Assembly (NCBI GenBank): GCA_017628875.1
Contig: JAGBYG010000121.1
Location: 1-44,799 of the forward strand
Direction of reading: 5' to 3'
DNA length: 44,799 nt
Origin: Clostridia bacterium
Lineage (GTDB): Bacteria > Bacillota > Clostridia > Oscillospirales > CAG-272
Part shown: positions 40,658 to 44,799 of the stretch, piece after piece
Layout of the letters: the number at the start of each line of letters is the position of its first letter
How positions within the stretch are numbered: position 1 is the first letter of the stretch
Translations under genes and position numbers: made by a program
The notes under the pieces: generated by a model
The model's database searches: none
What the model saw: the letters and a program-made list of their open reading frames with translations, nothing else
Told to the model about the DNA's origin: nothing

Positions 40658-42064
40658 CTATATCGGTTTGAACTGATTAAGCGGGTCGTACATCGGCTTC
40701 CGCTTCTCTTCTGTTTTGATAGGTTTAATAGGTCTCGACATACAGAAATATCTGACCTCGTCAGCGCAATGGTCTTCTAAGCTTGTGTCGAGGTCCTCAA
40801 CCTTGTGCTCGTCATATATGAGCAGAGGAATAGTCCGTCTGAACGCCTTGCAGTTATCAAAGACGTACATTCTGCTGTACCCCTCTTCGTCCATCTGCAG
40901 CCGATAATGTATCTGCATCCATCCCGGTATGCGTTGGTTATCACCGGGCGTGAAGTAAACTCCCCTCTTCATAAATGTGTCCGCCACGCTTTCGCCACGA
41001 CTTGCATCCCATATAGAGGGGTCGGCTACGCCTATAATCTCTTTACCCTTCAGCCACGGATGTTCTCTTTCGGTCCTTGCCACTTCTTCGGCCTGCTTGT
41101 CGGGAGTCCATTTAACGCCCTCGTTGGGCGTGCTTGTGCATCCGTAAAGCTCAAGTATTCTGTAGATAGTGCCGTCATAGTCAACAGCCCACCATCCCAC
41201 AGAGAAAGGCTTGTTATAACCGAAGTCGAAGCTCCTGCAGATGGTCCAGCCTCGCGCCTCGCCCTTTGATAAATCTATGGGTGGTATCACATGGCAGTAT
41301 CTGTGCTGTGCTCTCAGCTCCTCCGCTGTGAAGCCAGTCTTTTCTATTGCCTCCGCAGAGGGATTCTCTATAAAGTCTTCAAAGAACTGACCCTCGTAAA
41401 CATCCCACCTGCCATAGAGCCAAGCCTCTTTCAGCTTCGGCGGAAGTGCCTCAAGCTGTTTTATGTAGTCAGGCTGCGCCTTCATCAGTGCTTTGTTATC
41501 CGTAACAAGGCTCTGTATAAAGGTGTAGTCTTCCTTGTGTTCGCCCTCTTCATATTGCTTGTCTATGAATAGTCTCTTTATGTATCCGTGTCCCTGCCCT
41601 CCGGGGTTGCAGGTGTAATAAACTCTCTTTGGAAAGTCGTTAACACCTCTAAGGCAGGCCGTGATGGTCTTCATCTGAAACTCGCTGAGCTGAGTGGCCT
41701 CATCCAAAAAGATGATGTCGTACTGTACACCCTGCAGCCTGTCAAGGTCCGCATCCTTAGCGCAGTACATGAAATTGATGGTAGAACCATTGGGGAACTT
41801 CAAAACCTTATCCTTGTCGTTGTACTTTGCTATCCCCACAAGCTCTTTTCTCAATTGGTTAATATGGTTGTTGATAAGCTCCGGGTAGCTTCGTCTCACT
41901 ATGAGCTGCTTTATTCCCGGATACTTAAAAGCCATCAGCTTTGCCTTAGTCTGAACAGCCCAGCTCTTTCCGCCTCCACGGGCTCCTCCGAAACCGATGT
42001 GTTTTGTACCCGCTTCAAGAAACAGTTTCTGTCTCTCGCTGGGCATAGAAATCTGAAGCTCCAT
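40658..42064 (-). CDS. terL: Terminase large subunit
   Basis: ATG at 42064 overlaps the TerS TAA (TAATG) with GGTGGAG upstream; Walker A GFGGARGGGKSW; Walker B DIIFLDEATQ; C-terminal nuclease-like region. Confidence 0.9.
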   Translation of the reverse strand: MELQISMPSERQKLFLEAGTKHIGFGGARGGGKSWAVQTKAKLMAFKYPGIKQLIVRRSYPELINNHINQLRKELVGIAKYNDKDKVLKFPNGSTINFMYCAKDADLDRLQGVQYDIIFLDEATQLSEFQMKTITACLRGVNDFPKRVYYTCNPGGQGHGYIKRLFIDKQYEEGEHKEDYTFIQSLVTDNKALMKAQPDYIKQLEALPPKLKEAWLYGRWDVYEGQFFEDFIENPSAEAIEKTGFTAEELRAQHRYCHVIPPIDLSKGEARGWTICRSFDFGYNKPFSVGWWAVDYDGTIYRILELYGCTSTPNEGVKWTPDKQAEEVARTEREHPWLKGKEIIGVADPSIWDASRGESVADTFMKRGVYFTPGDNQRIPGWMQIHYRLQMDEEGYSRMYVFDNCKAFRRTIPLLIYDEHKVEDLDTSLEDHCADEVRYFCMSRPIKPIKTEEKRKPMYDPLNQFKPI

Positions 42065-42552
42065 TATTCGCTCCACCTCTCCATATCAGAAGAGAAGACA
42101 ATCTTGATTTCTCTGTCCTCTGTTTCTCCCTCTGCCTCACGCTCAAGCTTGCGTATTCTCGCATCCTGTTCCTTGAGATCCCTATCTCCCTTGAGACTCT
42201 GTATCTCTTTGATATCCTTAAGCGCACCTGATAACGACCTTAGCGTGGTAGAACTTAGAAGCTTCAATGCAGCCTCTTCGTCTAAAGCGTCCACAGCTAT
42301 CTCTATCTTGCTTAAAAGCTTGTCAGCAACGCTTGTGAGCCTTGTGTAGCGGTCTACAGCTTTCGACTCTTCCTTCGCCATACTTTTCACAAAAGCTTTG
42401 TCTAAGTACTGCTCGCGCTGCTTTACCCACTCCTCAGCTTTGCCTTTGTTATAAATAGCCTGAGCTGTAACGCCATATTTGGCAGAGAGCTTTCGATAGC
42501 TTGTGTCTGTGGTAATGTATTCTGTTTTAAGTTTCAGCCAATCAACGGCCAT
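42064..42552 (-). CDS. terS: Terminase small subunit
   Basis: 162 aa; N-terminal HTH TSYRKLSAKYGVTAQAIYNKGKAEEW, then coiled coil; directly upstream of TerL; AAGGAGG RBS. Confidence 0.75.
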   Translation of the reverse strand: MAVDWLKLKTEYITTDTSYRKLSAKYGVTAQAIYNKGKAEEWVKQREQYLDKAFVKSMAKEESKAVDRYTRLTSVADKLLSKIEIAVDALDEEAALKLLSSTTLRSLSGALKDIKEIQSLKGDRDLKEQDARIRKLEREAEGETEDREIKIVFSSDMERWSE

Positions 42553-42616
42553 AGTAAGTCCTCCTTCGCGGCTCTCCGTCTATGGTAATAAAGAAGCGAC
42601 TCCGTTTTCTATCCCG

Positions 42617-42653
42617 CCACACAAGCAGAAAGAGCCCCACCGAAGTGAGACTC
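42617..42653 (-). terminator. Terminator-like hairpin at the early/late boundary
   Basis: Minus strand GAGUCUCAC-UUCG-GUGGGGCUC (two G-U pairs, UUCG tetraloop) followed by TTTCTGCTTGTG; lies between the phosphoesterase gene and terS. Confidence 0.5.
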
Positions 42654-42699
42654 TCTCTGCAGGAAAAAATATTGAAAAAAGGAGGTAAGAAGGAAACAT

Positions 42700-43467
42700 C
42701 TATAGTTCTGCTGTCATCTTCTTTTTATGATTAGACAAATATATAGTCGGATTGTCTTTAGTAGCAGGTTTATATCCCTGAGCATCTCCATATCCGCCAT
42801 AGCCTAACGTGGAAGCCGTGTTTACAAAAAGCTTTGTCACTTCCGCTACAGAGGAGTTTCCCATGTTGGGTCTGAAGAAGTTCAGCTTAAATACAGCCGG
42901 TAAATGAGTGTGGGAATGAATGTATATATCCGCATCCACAATGTTTGCAAGGTCAGCAAGTCTGTTTATCTTGCCGCCCTCTCTTCGTCCACCGCCTGTA
43001 CCGTGTGTAACATATGCCGTATAGCACATGGGCCTCTTGTGTATCTGCTCACTGCCGAACCTAATAAACAGCAATGCGGTAGTGGGGGAGTATTTATCTA
43101 CTATCCCTAACTGATGGCACATGAGCTCTGTAATGTCGAGTCCGTCTGTCTTGTATATTCTGTGCTCGTGGTTACCGGGTGTAACACAAAGTATCTTATC
43201 CTTAATGGGCTCAAATATATGAACGCACTGCTTCAGCTGCTCCATCGGCTGCAGGTTAGCTCCGTATGTGTCGCCGATAGAAGATTGTATGGCGCAATCC
43301 ATAAGGTCGCCGTTTAATATGCAGTATGCGTTTGGTGTCTCCTCTATGTATTTAAGTGTCGCCTTTATTCTCAGGAAGTCTGAGTGAATATCTCCCAAGT
43401 GGAGATCGGCAAGAGGAATAATTTCGATCCTTTCAAACGAAGGAAGGCTTATCTTAATCGCTTTCAT
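42700..43467 (-). CDS. Calcineurin-like metallophosphoesterase
   Basis: 255 aa; IIPLADLHLGD, NGDLMD, GNHE, HGTGGG, SHTH motifs. Confidence 0.85.
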   Translation of the reverse strand: MKAIKISLPSFERIEIIPLADLHLGDIHSDFLRIKATLKYIEETPNAYCILNGDLMDCAIQSSIGDTYGANLQPMEQLKQCVHIFEPIKDKILCVTPGNHEHRIYKTDGLDITELMCHQLGIVDKYSPTTALLFIRFGSEQIHKRPMCYTAYVTHGTGGGRREGGKINRLADLANIVDADIYIHSHTHLPAVFKLNFFRPNMGNSSVAEVTKLFVNTASTLGYGGYGDAQGYKPATKDNPTIYLSNHKKKMTAEL

Positions 43468-43531
43468 CTAACCCCACCTTTCACGGTGCTGCATAAATGA
43501 TAGCAATCTGATAAGCCTTTTCTCTATCCCT

Positions 43532-43735
43532 TTACCTATATCTCTTCAGTTTGTTAGTCGTATTGTAAATTTTTACTTCGCTTCTTTTTGTCATAGTGTT
43601 TTTTTCAGCAAGTCTACCGGCCTTCACCGCCTCAATTCTCGCTCGCATCTTTGCGTATTCGGGACAGGCTTCCGTTTGGCATCCCGGCTTTCTGTCGGGG
43701 CAATCAGGTCTGCAGCCTCTCATGTTATATAGCAT
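43532..43735 (-). CDS. Small Cys-rich basic protein (67 aa)
   Basis: CRPDCPDRKPGCQTEACPEY cluster; abuts the rusA stop. Confidence 0.5.
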   Translation of the reverse strand: MLYNMRGCRPDCPDRKPGCQTEACPEYAKMRARIEAVKAGRLAEKNTMTKRSEVKIYNTTNKLKRYR

Positions 43736-44107
43736 TTACCATTCTCCTTTTTCGTAGATAGTAATTTCGACTCTCGGGTTTTTTCTATCCACCGCAAAGT
43801 CGTGGGTAAAGCCTTGAATGTATCCCCATCCGTCATCGGGTATTGAGCCAAGCTTAACAAGAGCATCCTGCACAAACTTCTGTGCAAAAGCTATGTTGTC
43901 AAGGTCTCTTCTCTTCGCCTGTTCTATCCAAAGGTAGCTTATCTTAATGGGCGGCTTAAGCTTTCCTTTCAGCTGAGACACAATGTTCCATTCGATCATC
44001 TCCTGAGCCTTCTGCTTCATCTTGTTTCCGGCTCTTGGATCTGCTCGGTTGGCTCTTGTATATTCGTTTAGTCCCGGCAGCGTCCCCGGTATCGTAAGCT
44101 TAATCAA
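43736..44107 (-). CDS. rusA: RusA-like Holliday junction resolvase (TTG start, TTGA overlap)
   Basis: 123 aa; LTIPGTLPGLNEY..., RRDLDNIAFAQKFVQDALVKLGSIPDDGW resembles the RusA acidic catalytic core. Confidence 0.75.
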   Translation of the reverse strand: MIKLTIPGTLPGLNEYTRANRADPRAGNKMKQKAQEMIEWNIVSQLKGKLKPPIKISYLWIEQAKRRDLDNIAFAQKFVQDALVKLGSIPDDGWGYIQGFTHDFAVDRKNPRVEITIYEKGEW

Positions 44108-44436
44108 TACTTGTTTCTCCTAAGTCCCGGATATCTCTTCTCGAATGGGACAAACTTGTCTTTGAATATCCTTTTCTGATGTTCATCAAGTCTTGCCTGC
44201 CAAACATCAGCCTCAACATATTTACTCGGTGAGTAGGCCTCGTGATATTCGTTTACTTTATCTATGGCGTAGCTAATAATCTTATCTATTCTCTCTCCGC
44301 TCATAACGCCCTTTCCCATAACTTCGGGAGCATTAAGAGCCATAGAGATAAAATCGCAAGCTTTTTGAAATCCCACATCAAGAGCATTCTCTACAAGAGC
44401 CTTTTTCTCTGCCTCTATTTTCTGTAGAAATGTCAT
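44104..44436 (-). CDS. Hypothetical early protein (110 aa from the internal ATG)
   Basis: ATG at 44436 preceded by GAGGTGATGAG and overlapping the upstream stop (ATGA); the ORF-track start at 44475 lies inside the upstream CDS. Confidence 0.55.
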   Translation of the reverse strand: MTFLQKIEAEKKALVENALDVGFQKACDFISMALNAPEVMGKGVMSGERIDKIISYAIDKVNEYHEAYSPSKYVEADVWQARLDEHQKRIFKDKFVPFEKRYPGLRRNKY

Positions 44437-44799
44437 CTCATCACCTCGTTTTGTCTCAGCGTTTTCTTTCCGCATTTCTTACACTTGAGAATAGCCACGG
44501 CATCTGTAGATGCAGAGTAATTTACAACCCATTCATGTTCACAGGTTTTCTGCTTGTGCTTGGCTATAACCTTATCCGTTTCCCCGTCATTGCGAGGCCC
44601 TACACCATCTTCTCCCTGAGCCCCCGGTCTTTCGCCAATACCTATGTCTACAATGCAGTAACCATCAGCAAACTGAATAGAAGGACAATTATCAACCGCA
44701 ACTACCGGCTCACCTTGTTCTCCCTCTGCGCCGATATCCTTAATGCAGTCGCGGCCATCCGATAGCTTTGATAGTCTTTCGTACCATTCTTCTCTTACC
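44433..44799 (-). CDS. Hypothetical protein, C-terminal 121 codons only (N-terminus beyond the right edge)
   Basis: Open frame from the edge to TGA at 44433-44435; ...GERPGAQGEDGVGPRNDGETD...CEHEWVVNYSASTDAVAILKCKKCGKK (C-terminal Zn-ribbon-like motif). Confidence 0.55.
   Translation of the reverse strand, partial: VREEWYERLSKLSDGRDCIKDIGAEGEQGEPVVAVDNCPSIQFADGYCIVDIGIGERPGAQGEDGVGPRNDGETDKVIAKHKQKTCEHEWVVNYSASTDAVAILKCKKCGKKTLRQNEVMR

Noticed and set aside
1-44799. Two different prophages lying in tandem on either side of the tRNA fragment
   Set aside because: Taken together, the two sides form exactly one complete gene set: one integrase, one switch, one replication module, one packaging/head/tail set and one lysis cassette. 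They are in the canonical circular order and there is no duplication. A single excised or permuted genome is the simpler reading.
1-44799. Known defence or counter-defence and mobile modules (restriction-modification, toxin-antitoxin pairs, CBASS/retron/DGR reverse transcriptase, CRISPR-Cas, transposases, stop-codon recoding, introns/inteins)
   Set aside because: I recognised no methyltransferase, reverse transcriptase, cyclase, Cas or transposase motifs in any frame. All long genes are intact under the standard code. Terminase, portal and capsid show no insertions suggestive of introns or inteins. Absence is judged by eye only.

Overview
The window is an almost complete ~45 kb temperate phage genome from a Gram-positive, probably spore-forming Clostridia-type host. 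The host call rests on GGAGG-type RBSs, an LL-H holin, a CHAP endolysin, a Prp protease, and SleB-like and SPL-like genes. About 90% of coding is on the minus strand, genes are tightly packed, and many overlap by ATGA or TTGA.

Gene order, reading the minus strand from 44799 down to 1:
- tail end of the early operon: RusA and a metallophosphoesterase
- a terminator, then TerS, TerL, portal, Prp protease, scaffold and an N4-gp56-type major capsid protein
- virion and tail genes, including an S74-chaperone tail fibre and a 2,597-aa multi-domain giant protein
- a collagen-like repeat fibre and two paralogous receptor-binding-like proteins
- the lysis cassette
- a terminator-insulated post-lysis cargo block: a sigma-region-4-like regulator plus five compositionally odd proteins
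- an attP-like site containing the 3' half of a tRNA-Thr(GGU)-like sequence
- the plus-strand lysogeny module (integrase, HTH protein, lipoprotein, CI-like repressor), divergent from Cro-like and Xis-like genes
- the recombination/replication module (Rad52-like Sak, HNHc nuclease, SSB, replisome organizer, G39P-like loader)
- a nucleotide-metabolism/modification-like group (SleB-like hydrolase, SPL-like radical SAM, divergent ThyX-like protein, DUF1599-like protein)

Phage genes flank the att site on both sides, so the sequence is in the excised, circularly permuted configuration rather than an integrated prophage.

Features I looked for and did not recognise: rRNA, a full tRNA, a CRISPR array, transposase, reverse transcriptase/DGR, restriction-modification, or a classical tail tube/sheath/tape-measure module.

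The candidates I rate most interesting are listed below. Their novelty cannot be verified without database searches.
1. The post-lysis cargo operon of Gly/Cys/Tyr/Arg-rich proteins.
2. The divergent ThyX-like + DUF1599-like + SPL-like radical SAM group.
3. The giant polyvalent virion protein.
4. A promoter-to-terminator unit with no ORF next to attP, a candidate sRNA.
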